Origin: a virus
Taxonomy: Duplodnaviria > Caudoviricetes
Virus record (IMG/VR): IMGVR_UViG_3300049023_000059
Coordinates: 1-33,692 of that record
Reading direction: 5' to 3' (one strand)
Length of the DNA: 33,692 nt
The first letter of the stretch is position 1. The number at the start of each line of letters is the position of its first letter. The position numbers and the translations under genes were made by a program. Below are positions 7,224 through 15,263 of the stretch, in pieces. The notes beneath the pieces were generated by a model. That model worked only from the letters and a program-made list of their open reading frames with translations, was not told the origin of the DNA and searched no databases.

Positions 7224-7795
7224 GCCGGCGACACCGGGCAGTCATTCGGCCCGTCTGGCTTGCACACGGGCTCGATGCTGTTCGGCGGCTCGCTGATGTC
7301 GGCCTGCCCGGGCACGACCTTCTCCAGGATCGGCGTCCCTGGAAAGTTCGGGTTGAACCGCCACTCGCTCTCTGGCGCCCAGCCACGCACCCAGCAGTTC
7401 GGGAAGCCGCCGGGCCACGCCGGATTGCGGACGTACGCGTACACCATCACCGCCCAGCCGTTCGACTCGCTCGGCTCGGGCGGCGCCGGTGCGCCGGTCG
7501 GGATATCCCAATACTTCCCGCCCTCGTTCTCGACGAGCTGGAGCGCGAGGGCGGGCGCGGCGACGCCTTCGCAGTTCTGCACCGTCTCGACGTCGAAGCG
7601 CATGACGCAGGTGTACTTGCCGAGCGACGCGCCCGCGGCGGCGATGCAGGCCTGTCGATCGTTCGGCCAGGGGCCGGGCACGAGCTTGTTGTCGGCCTTG
7701 TAATGCAGTTCCCAGCGGTCCGGGCCGACGATTGTGTCGGTGCCCGCGAGCGCCGGCGCGACGAGCAGCAGCAGCGCGAGCGCGGCGCGGATCAT
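7220..7795 (-). CDS. secreted Cys/Trp/Pro-rich protein
   Basis: Signal peptide MIRAALALLLLVAPALA; ATG at 7795 overlaps the upstream TGA; 6 Cys. Confidence 0.8.
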   Translation of the reverse strand: MIRAALALLLLVAPALAGTDTIVGPDRWELHYKADNKLVPGPWPNDRQACIAAAGASLGKYTCVMRFDVETVQNCEGVAAPALALQLVENEGGKYWDIPTGAPAPPEPSESNGWAVMVYAYVRNPAWPGGFPNCWVRGWAPESEWRFNPNFPGTPILEKVVPGQADISEPPNSIEPVCKPDGPNDCPVSPA

Positions 7796-9390
7796 GGCGT
7801 CGCTCCCTGCACGTACCCGGTGAACGAGCGGCCGCCGAATGCCGGGCGGACGGCGTCGAAGTCCGCCTTGATGCGCGCCTCGTTCGGCCAGGGCCACAGC
7901 GGCACGTCGGTGGCGTCATCGAATCCGGGCTCGCCGAAGAGCGTCCCATCGCGGCCGATGCGGAACGCGAGCTGCGCGCCCTGGCCGGCGGCGTTCGGCT
8001 CCGTGATCGCCGCGGGCATCGTGCTCGAGCAGTTGGAGAGCGACGCGCCCGAGTTGCTGCCACCTTTGTAGACGCACGCCGAGGCCGAGAGGATGCCATT
8101 CCACCGGGCATACGGCGCGCCCTTCACGCTGGCGAAGCCGCGCGTCACGGTCAGGTTGCCCTTTCCGTTCGTGTTGAAGCCGCCGGCCGCGCTGCGCAGC
8201 ACCGCGGCGTCCAACACCCGCCAGGCGCCCGACGCGTTGCCCTCGGCCGCGATGCCATTGTTCGGCGAGTCGATCACGATCGCGCCGTTCACGACGGCAT
8301 TCGACACCGCGGTCGACGTCGTCCCGTTTGACACGAGGTAGATACACGCCTCGAAGCCGGACAGGCCCTGCACGGAGTCGACACACGCGACGTCCTGGGC
8401 GCGCACGTCTTTGGAGTCGTAGAGCGCGATGCCGCCCTGCGGGTTCTGCCCGTCGTACGTCCAGCCGCCGTCGTGGCGCACCACGACTCGGCGCAGCACG
8501 ACACGCGCTGCGTTGTAGACCAGCACCTTGTACCGCCCGCCGCGGCCGTATACCCACGTGTCCTCGAGCAGGATGTCGGAGGCGCCGGGCGTGCGGTCGT
8601 TCGTGCCGATCTGCAGCGTGACGGCGTTGCCGGCGGCCGGGCCGCCCGAGATCGAGGTGCGGACCAGCTTCACGAAGCTGCCCGTGATCGTCTTCGTGTT
8701 GCTGCCCGTGAAGTTCAGCCCCTCGAGGCGCGCGTACCAGTTGCCTGGGCCGAAGTTCATGCCGGTGACGTTCACGGTGCCGTCCGTCTCGGCGCGCACG
8801 GTGCACCAGGCGGCCGCCGTGCAGGCCTTCAAACTGAAGGCGGCATAGGTGCCGGGCTTCACCACGACCGTGCCGCCGGGCTGCAGCTTCGCGAGCGCGG
8901 CGCCGATCGATTCCCCGGCATTCACGATCACGGCGTCGCCGGGCGGGGGCGGCGGATCCACGGTGCAGCTTCGCGACTCGACGCTCGAGCCGGTCAGCGC
9001 CGGGCATGCCTGCCCGCCGTTCGCGGGCTGCGTGATGACGGTTCGCGCGCGCGAGATCGTGTGCGTCTGCGTGCCATTGACGCATGCCGACCACTCGCCC
9101 GCCACCTCGACCCATTCCGAGACTTGGCAGTCGACGGGCGCCGGCGGTGGCGTCGTCACCCGCTTCGTCACGCGCGTCGCCACGCAGCGCCAGGTGCGCG
9201 AGCGCGTGGGCTCGGGAAGCATGATGCCTTTCGCGTTGCAGTCGGCTTCCGAGCTCGCCGCATCCTTTCGCGCCACGCCGTCGAGCGTGTATTCGAGAGT
9301 CCAGACGGGGTTCGATATCGTGACGGTCGCGAGTGCGCTGACGGTGAGCAGCAGGAGCCCGAAGGCGCAAGCGATGCGGTGCTTTCTCAT
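7792..9390 (-). CDS. secreted protein with thrombospondin type-1-like repeat and right-handed beta-helix (pectate lyase-like) domain
   Basis: Signal peptide; PVDCQVSEW...WSAC.NGTQT...RARTVITQPANGGQACPAL...ESRSC; then SIGAALAKLQPGGTVVVKPGTY and beta-helix repeats (ILLEDTWVYG, VVLRRVVVRHD). Confidence 0.8.
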   Translation of the reverse strand: MRKHRIACAFGLLLLTVSALATVTISNPVWTLEYTLDGVARKDAASSEADCNAKGIMLPEPTRSRTWRCVATRVTKRVTTPPPAPVDCQVSEWVEVAGEWSACVNGTQTHTISRARTVITQPANGGQACPALTGSSVESRSCTVDPPPPPGDAVIVNAGESIGAALAKLQPGGTVVVKPGTYAAFSLKACTAAAWCTVRAETDGTVNVTGMNFGPGNWYARLEGLNFTGSNTKTITGSFVKLVRTSISGGPAAGNAVTLQIGTNDRTPGASDILLEDTWVYGRGGRYKVLVYNAARVVLRRVVVRHDGGWTYDGQNPQGGIALYDSKDVRAQDVACVDSVQGLSGFEACIYLVSNGTTSTAVSNAVVNGAIVIDSPNNGIAAEGNASGAWRVLDAAVLRSAAGGFNTNGKGNLTVTRGFASVKGAPYARWNGILSASACVYKGGSNSGASLSNCSSTMPAAITEPNAAGQGAQLAFRIGRDGTLFGEPGFDDATDVPLWPWPNEARIKADFDAVRPAFGGRSFTGYVQGATP

Positions 9391-9584
9391 TTCGGCGGTT
9401 CCTCTTCGCTGTTGCGCTTGTGGATTGCGTTCAGTGCGGCGTCCCCGGCAGTGAAGACGCCGAGCACGAGGCCGGCGAGCGTGATGAACTCGCTGCCGGA
9501 CAGTTTCGCTGTGAACGCGAACACACCGCAGCCGGTGACCGCGAACAACGCGGCGATCAGAAACTTTCGCGACAGGTATTTCAT
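9387..9584 (-). CDS. holin-like protein with two TM helices
   Basis: [14 protein letters not shown]...FITLAGLVLGVFTAG plus a charged C-terminus; directly after the endolysin. Confidence 0.7.
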   Translation of the reverse strand: MKYLSRKFLIAALFAVTGCGVFAFTAKLSGSEFITLAGLVLGVFTAGDAALNAIHKRNSEEEPPK

Positions 9585-9988
9585 GGGGTGGGATACCTCA
9601 GCGGATCGATCTCGAAGTGCGGGCAATCCTTGAAGCTCTGCCAGTGACCGCCCCAGGTGATCGCGACTTGAAGATTCGCGGCCGCCTGATACATCGCATC
9701 GGCGATCGGCAGAAAGTGTTGTTCCTGCCAGGTGAGCTCGGCGCGGCCGTCACCGTCGACGTCGACGATCGGCGCAAGGTCCACGGCGTGCCCGGTGAGG
9801 TGGCGCGACTTCATGGTGCGGCTCTTGCCGGCGAGGAAGTACTCGCGCTGCTTCGCGAGCGAGCGCACGCCCTCGATCACGGCGAAGTCCACTTTCGAAA
9901 TCGCAATGGCCGCCGTCACGACGCTGACAAGTTTCGGGTGCACGCCGTCGAGGCGCGCGAGCGACTTCTGCGAGAGAGCGAACGTCAC
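9581..9988 (-). CDS. endolysin, M15 family peptidase
   Basis: [51 protein letters not shown]. Confidence 0.93.
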   Translation of the reverse strand: MTFALSQKSLARLDGVHPKLVSVVTAAIAISKVDFAVIEGVRSLAKQREYFLAGKSRTMKSRHLTGHAVDLAPIVDVDGDGRAELTWQEQHFLPIADAMYQAAANLQVAITWGGHWQSFKDCPHFEIDPLRYPTP

Positions 9989-10221
9989 GCGAGCCCCACC
10001 TTATGTTTGAGAATCTCGATGTCGGCTTCGTGCTCGGTGATCCGCTGCGCGTGCATGTGCTTCGCGTTGCGTAGCGAGAGCACCTCGCGCTCGAGGTTGG
10101 CGAGCTTCTCGCCGTGCACCGCGAGGCCGACGGACATGCCGCGCTGTACGCCGAAATAGCCAGTGACGGCTGGGAAGACGATCGCCGCAATGGCGAGCAG
10201 GATCTGCAACCAGACCGGCAT
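9985..10221 (-). CDS. membrane protein with TM helix and coiled coil (holin/antiholin candidate)
   Basis: [24 protein letters not shown] followed by heptads; TAATG overlap with the upstream ORF. Confidence 0.7.
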   Translation of the reverse strand: MPVWLQILLAIAAIVFPAVTGYFGVQRGMSVGLAVHGEKLANLEREVLSLRNAKHMHAQRITEHEADIEILKHKVGLA

Positions 10222-10379
10222 TACGCCAGCCATGCGCCGAGGGCGAAGCCGACCGCGAGGAGCGCGGCCCCGACGTGCCAGATGCGAACCCTTGAAGGCT
10301 TCGGCGGCACGGCCGGATCGCCGACGCTCACCGTGTCGCGCAGCGAATGGATGATGATGTGATCACGGGTGTGGGACAT
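10221..10379 (-). CDS. 52 aa small protein with C-terminal TM helix (absent from the ORF track)
   Basis: GAGGTG RBS; [52 protein letters not shown]; the stop overlaps the next ATG. Confidence 0.6.
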   Translation of the reverse strand: MSHTRDHIIIHSLRDTVSVGDPAVPPKPSRVRIWHVGAALLAVGFALGAWLA

Positions 10380-10387
10380 GGGTCACC

Positions 10388-10684
10388 TCAATCGTGGGAG
10401 TGAGAGTCGACGGCGGGCCGACCCGCGAGCTTGCGCGAGACGTTCGCCTCGACGCGCAGCTCGTCGATCGCCTGCGTCTGCAGGCGCTTCTCGATGGCGA
10501 GCCGGTCGGCGTAGTCGTCGAGGCGAATCAGGACCAGCGCCAGCGCGACGATGCCGGCAGCTGCGCCGAGGGTGGCAATCACGGTGTTCGCCCACACGAG
10601 GGCGGCGGGCGCGCCGTAGTTGTTCGCCTGCGCCGCTGGAGCGGAGCCCGTCTGCACGCTATTTGGACTGTGGTTGCTTTGCAT
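10388..10684 (-). CDS. single-TM coiled-coil protein
   Basis: TVIATLGAAAGIVALALVLI followed by a helical heptad region; start at MQSNHS. Confidence 0.65.
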   Translation of the reverse strand: MQSNHSPNSVQTGSAPAAQANNYGAPAALVWANTVIATLGAAAGIVALALVLIRLDDYADRLAIEKRLQTQAIDELRVEANVSRKLAGRPAVDSHSHD

Positions 10685-10949
10685 CTTCGTACCCGTCCAC
10701 GCCGCGGAACGACTTGCCCTGCAGCTCGCGCATATCGGAGCGCAGCTCGCCGAGCCGCTCGTTCTGGAATCCGTCGGATGCCTGAAGCACAGCAACCGAT
10801 CTGCCGAGCACCCAGACCGCACCGACGAGTGCGACGATTGCCGCAACGACGAGTGCGTCGTAAAACTTCAGCCGCTGGGACGCCGCCTCTTTGTAGCTGT
10901 AGTGCGGGTGCTCCGTGTCCCGCGGAGGCTTGATGTCTTCCCCACCCAT
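10659..10949 (-). CDS. single-TM coiled-coil protein
   Basis: ALVVAAIVALVGAVWVLG followed by a coiled coil; the ATG overlaps the upstream TGA. Confidence 0.65.
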   Translation of the reverse strand: MGGEDIKPPRDTEHPHYSYKEAASQRLKFYDALVVAAIVALVGAVWVLGRSVAVLQASDGFQNERLGELRSDMRELQGKSFRGVDGYEDAKQPQSK

Positions 10950-11452
10950 CAGAACCACACCTCGTATCGGATGCCATCGAGACCGAGGTTCTTCGCCTCG
11001 GGGCCGTGATCGAGACCAGCGTTCGAACAATGGAATGCGGTCCACAGCGTGTCGCCGATGCGCGCGCCGGCTTGCACCAGGAAGCAGAACGGCAGCGGCA
11101 CCTGACGGTTGCAGTCGAGCTCGCCATCGTGTGCGCAGCGCTGTGCGCCTTTCGCGAGTAGCCCGAAGCCGAGGATCGGCTCGAATCTTTTGCCCTCGCG
11201 GAACCGCCACAGTCGCGAAGCGGACAGCGCGGGATAGGCCTCGATGACAGCGGCGCCGTCATAGATGCGTTGCTCGCCGATCCACCACCCGCGCACTTCC
11301 CACGTCTTCGCGACACAGCCGACGCTCGCGAGGCCGCCGGTCCTTCCTTCGGAGTAGCGCACCACTGACCCGGGCCCGAGCGTCACGTCGCAGGAAGACG
11401 CGGGCGTAGCGATGCCCGCCAGCAGCAGCGCTGCCAGCATCAGCTTGATCAT
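10949..11452 (-). CDS. pagL: PagL-like outer-membrane beta-barrel (lipid A 3-O-deacylase / acyloxyacyl hydrolase family)
   Basis: Signal peptide; amphipathic strands; C-terminal FHCSNAGL...NLGLDGIRYEVWF matches PagL H-x-S-N-A-G...N-x-G-x-D/E with a terminal aromatic residue. Confidence 0.75.
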   Translation of the reverse strand: MIKLMLAALLLAGIATPASSCDVTLGPGSVVRYSEGRTGGLASVGCVAKTWEVRGWWIGEQRIYDGAAVIEAYPALSASRLWRFREGKRFEPILGFGLLAKGAQRCAHDGELDCNRQVPLPFCFLVQAGARIGDTLWTAFHCSNAGLDHGPEAKNLGLDGIRYEVWF

Positions 11453-11465
11453 GGGAGACCCTCGG

Positions 11466-11807
11466 CTATATGTTCTGCGCCGCGAATCGCGCGACCCACG
11501 GCGTCACGAGCCCAATGAACTGCGCATCGGTCAGCGAGACCGGAGTGCCGGCAGATAGAGAGGCGTCGACGGCATCCCTGAATGACTGACTCTCGACGAG
11601 CGCACCCTCGAGGATTCGCGACGCGTACCAATTCGCGCGACCAGGCAATCCCGGATCACCGAGCACGCGCTTCGCCCACGCCTGTTGTGGCGCAGTCGCG
11701 CCGGTGTCGGCCACGATCTGGTATGCGGATCGCTTCACCGCGATCTCGAAGAGCGTGAGCAGCTCGGGATTCGCGGCAACGTCCGCCAGGTCTTTGAGCT
11801 TGGGCAT
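11466..11807 (-). CDS. hypothetical tail-associated protein (possible fibre chaperone)
   Basis: AAGGA RBS, 113 aa, immediately after the tail tip gene. Confidence 0.7.
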   Translation of the reverse strand: MPKLKDLADVAANPELLTLFEIAVKRSAYQIVADTGATAPQQAWAKRVLGDPGLPGRANWYASRILEGALVESQSFRDAVDASLSAGTPVSLTDAQFIGLVTPWVARFAAQNI

Positions 11808-11815
11808 GGCGTTCC

Positions 11816-14257
11816 TTACGTCAGCGTCTCGTTGAGCGTCACGGTGGCGGTGTCGAGCAGAGTGAACGGGGAGGCATGCAGGTACATCTTCACGGTGACG
11901 ACCTGCGTGCTCGTTCCTACGCCTTCGCCTGGCGTGCGCACACCGATCAGCGTGCGGCCTGTGGTCATTTGCAGCTTCGTCCCCGTCGCCGATGAACCGC
12001 CGCTGAGCGTGCCGCTCGTCACCGTAAACTCGATGTCGTAGTCGGATGCGGTCGCGCCTGGATCCTTCCACTGGTAGGACGTGCCATCGCTGCCGTTGAC
12101 ATCGCCGGTCGGTGTGAAGACGACGCTTGCGACAGCTGGCGACCCACCGCCGAAGCCACCCGACGCGGTTCCGTAGGCGGTGACGGTCTGGTTTTGAACG
12201 TCGACCGTGTAGGTGCGCGAAATCGTGACGGCCACGTAGACGTCGGTCGTCGCGCCCACGTTGTCTGTCACTCGGCATCGCGCCGTTCCGGTGCGTGTCT
12301 CACCTTGCGAAAGGCCGGTCGCGGAGAACGTCGTGCTCGAGCTCGTCGAGCTCGTTATCGTGATGCTGGCGCCGCCCGTGGTGAACGTCCACAGGTAGGT
12401 ATAGGGGGCAGTGCCGCCTGATGCGGTGACTGCGCACGAATTCGTGGTCGCGCTCGACGAGCTGCCCGACGCGGTCGCGCTGCTCGGATTGACGAGGGCG
12501 GACAGGCCAGACGTCGCGCTCGCCGCCGCGCCCGGGACACCATTCGACGGCGGCGCCTGCGTGGACTCCGCGCCCGTCACGGGGTCGACGGCCGTGATCC
12601 AGTAATAGCGCACTGTCGTGTCGCTCTTCGGCAGGACGAGCGAGGTCTGCGCGGTGTCGGATCCGACCTGCGTCGCCGAGCTGAACGGCGTGCTCGAGCT
12701 GTACTCGTAGAGGCGATAAAGAACGCCGACCGGCGCCTGCGCGGGCGGCGACCACGTAAAAATGATCGCGTTCGCGGCGCCCGTCGCGGTCAGGTCGCCC
12801 GGCGCGTTCGGCGCGTAGCTCGCGCTCGTCGGCGTCGAGATCGCGTTCGGCGTCTCGTAATCGCCCGTGGCGGGGTCGCTGTAGTCGGAGCTTGCGACCT
12901 CGGCGAGCACGACGTCGATCGTAAAGTTCGACCGCAGCCGCATCCGAAGGATGCGCATCGGCGCGCCGCTGATCCCGATTTTCGAGTTCGTGACGGTGAC
13001 GACGTCGTAGACCTGGTACTTCCAGCACCGGAATTTGAGAGTCCCGCTGATCGTCAGGTTCTCGCGCGCCAGGCGCAGCGCCTGGATCGCGTTCCGCTCC
13101 GCTTCGTACACGGTCCGCGCGGTGCGGAAGTCGAGGTCGGTGTAGATCGTCTCCCCGTCTTCGGTGACGTACGTGCTCGAGCTGACCTCGGGGAACGATT
13201 TCTCTTGTGTGTTCTCGGACTGATCGACGAACTTGCCGCGCACCGTGTTGAAGTCGTTGCCCGATGAGCCGGGTTCCGAGGTATCGACAGTGAACGAGTC
13301 GCCGACGAAGTCGGAGTCGGAGATCGTGCCCACGGGTGACGTGTACGCGCCGGCCCGCATGTGCCACTTTCCGCCCGCGTACCAGCACGCGCCCATCATG
13401 GCGCGGGCAAGCATCAGGATCGTCTCGTCGCGCTCGCGCAGGGTCTGCGGGGAGTAACACTCGATGCTGCAGGTATACCGGTCCTGCGTCGTCGTGCCGC
13501 TCGGCACGGCGGGAATCGTGACCGTCTCTTCGCAGACGTTCGCCGCGGTGACGACGTCGGACCAGAGGATATTCGCGGGCAGCTCCGCGCCGCCCCACTG
13601 CAGGAAGTCGGCGAGGATCAGCGCGGAGTTCGTGCTGAACGCCTTGTAAGTGTCGCTCGTCGGGTTCGCGCCGGGCGAAGTGTCGAGCCGCGGGTCGTAG
13701 ACGAGGGCACCCTGCCCCTCGACGAGCTCGTCGGGCGGCGCCCCGTGATACGTGTCCGGGTAGAAGTCGAAGAACGTGTAGACGTAGGCAACGCCGTCGA
13801 GGCGGTGCTCGGTGGTCCACCCCGGCGCCTGCACCGCCGCGCTGTCCGCGGCTTGGGACGCGAGCCCCAGGTGCGGGAAAATCTGCGCCTTGCCCGCGTA
13901 CGTGCCCGATGTGATCGGCCCGCCCACGAAATCGGCGGCGGCGATACGCTCGCCGTCGAAGATTACCGCATCGACTGATTCGATCTCGCCGTCGCTGATA
14001 GCCATCAGCTTGTGCAGGCGCGTGCCGGTGGGTCCCGTCACGACGGCCGGCATGCAGTTCAAGCCGCCGGCGCGGAAGAAGCCGTAGAGGCGGCGGCGCG
14101 GCTCGGTGGCGCCGACATATTCGACGTCGACCTTCTGCTGGTACCCGTTCAGCCGCCAATACTTCAGCGCCTGGCGGTGCGCCTTCATTTGGGCGCGCTT
14201 GTCGACGAAATAGTTGACGACGGCCTGAACCGCGAGTTTGAAGATCGCAGCGGCCAT
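11816..14257 (-). CDS. tail tip / host-specificity (gpJ-like) protein with FN3 and Ig-like C-terminal domains
   Basis: PRRRLYG, AISDGEIESV, WTTEHRLDGVAY, VYDPR, NTVRGKF; FN3 (APGDLTATG..IIFTWSPP..YYWITAVD); SGGTAPYTYLWT. Confidence 0.88.
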   Translation of the reverse strand: MAAAIFKLAVQAVVNYFVDKRAQMKAHRQALKYWRLNGYQQKVDVEYVGATEPRRRLYGFFRAGGLNCMPAVVTGPTGTRLHKLMAISDGEIESVDAVIFDGERIAAADFVGGPITSGTYAGKAQIFPHLGLASQAADSAAVQAPGWTTEHRLDGVAYVYTFFDFYPDTYHGAPPDELVEGQGALVYDPRLDTSPGANPTSDTYKAFSTNSALILADFLQWGGAELPANILWSDVVTAANVCEETVTIPAVPSGTTTQDRYTCSIECYSPQTLRERDETILMLARAMMGACWYAGGKWHMRAGAYTSPVGTISDSDFVGDSFTVDTSEPGSSGNDFNTVRGKFVDQSENTQEKSFPEVSSSTYVTEDGETIYTDLDFRTARTVYEAERNAIQALRLARENLTISGTLKFRCWKYQVYDVVTVTNSKIGISGAPMRILRMRLRSNFTIDVVLAEVASSDYSDPATGDYETPNAISTPTSASYAPNAPGDLTATGAANAIIFTWSPPAQAPVGVLYRLYEYSSSTPFSSATQVGSDTAQTSLVLPKSDTTVRYYWITAVDPVTGAESTQAPPSNGVPGAAASATSGLSALVNPSSATASGSSSSATTNSCAVTASGGTAPYTYLWTFTTGGASITITSSTSSSTTFSATGLSQGETRTGTARCRVTDNVGATTDVYVAVTISRTYTVDVQNQTVTAYGTASGGFGGGSPAVASVVFTPTGDVNGSDGTSYQWKDPGATASDYDIEFTVTSGTLSGGSSATGTKLQMTTGRTLIGVRTPGEGVGTSTQVVTVKMYLHASPFTLLDTATVTLNETLT

Positions 14258-14667
14258 CAGATTCCCCACACGGTGAGCGCGCAGGTCGCCGGGTTCATGC
14301 CGAGGCCTTCGGGCCCAGCCGAGACGACGTGCGGCCCGATGCAGATGCCGGCGAAGCGGATCCCGCCGACCTCGACGATCGCGACGTCGCCGCGTTTCAT
14401 GAAGGCGACCGGCTTCGTGCGGCCAAGATGGGAGGAGATCGCCGCCTCGAGGCCGCCGCAGCGCGCTATGTACTCGTTCGCGCTCGCTTGGTCGTGGTAC
14501 TCGGCGCGCAGCGCCGCAACCAGGTTGCTGTCGGTCATGGCGTCGACGCAGGCCGCGACGAATGTGCAGCAGTCGTGAGCGCCGTCGATCTCACCCCAGC
14601 GAAAAGGCAGCGCCCGACGCGCCTCGATGGTTTCCCAGAGGCGGTCGAGCCAATCCGCGCGTCTCAT
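14257..14667 (-). CDS. NlpC/P60-like tail assembly protein (DUF6950-like)
   Basis: MRRADW..RL...PFRWG...DCCTFVAACVDAMT, RGDVAIV, GICIG. Confidence 0.85.
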   Translation of the reverse strand: MRRADWLDRLWETIEARRALPFRWGEIDGAHDCCTFVAACVDAMTDSNLVAALRAEYHDQASANEYIARCGGLEAAISSHLGRTKPVAFMKRGDVAIVEVGGIRFAGICIGPHVVSAGPEGLGMNPATCALTVWGI

Positions 14668-15263
14668 CCCGGGCCGTACCCGCCGCCTGGCTTCGGTCCC
14701 CAGGTTGTGCCGCGGCCGCCCCACGTGCTTTTGTAACCGGCAACCAGATGCAGCGCGTCGAAGCCCCGGTCGCCTGGCGATCTCGCTTTCTGATCCGCAT
14801 CCGAGAAGCGGGAGAACGGCGGCGAATTTCGCAGCCGGTGCTCGCACTGCAGGGTGATCTGCGTTTGCGGCCCGTCCTGCTCGAGCTGCATGGTGTCCAT
14901 AAATCCAGCCCACACGACCTCGGGCGTATCGACGAGCGCGACCTGTTCGGTGAGCATGGCGACGTAGAGCGTCGCGGCGCGGCGCTTGTACTTCTCGGTC
15001 CGGATCGTCGAGATGAGGCCGGAGTCGACACCGGACAGCGTGAAGCGCACGCCGCGTGCCACGAACTCGACGCTTTCCTCGACCCCGTCGAAGTCACCGA
15101 ACGAGCCAACCCCGTAGTACGTGTTGCCGCTCACGACGAGGTCGATGCCGCCATCGTTCACGCGCACGTGACCCGAGTCGAACGCGAGGTCGAGCAGGAA
15201 GCAGGCGCGTATGTTGTCGCCGTCGGCCGCCGCCTCGTTCGCGCTTGAGACCCACCGGCTCAC
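14664..15263 (-). CDS. minor tail (hub/gpL-like) protein
   Basis: LLDLAFDSGHVRV...GNTYYGVGSFG...FTLSGVD...WAGFMDTM...FSDADQK..PGDRGF; GTG overlaps the upstream TGA. Confidence 0.8.
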   Translation of the reverse strand: MSRWVSSANEAAADGDNIRACFLLDLAFDSGHVRVNDGGIDLVVSGNTYYGVGSFGDFDGVEESVEFVARGVRFTLSGVDSGLISTIRTEKYKRRAATLYVAMLTEQVALVDTPEVVWAGFMDTMQLEQDGPQTQITLQCEHRLRNSPPFSRFSDADQKARSPGDRGFDALHLVAGYKSTWGGRGTTWGPKPGGGYGPG

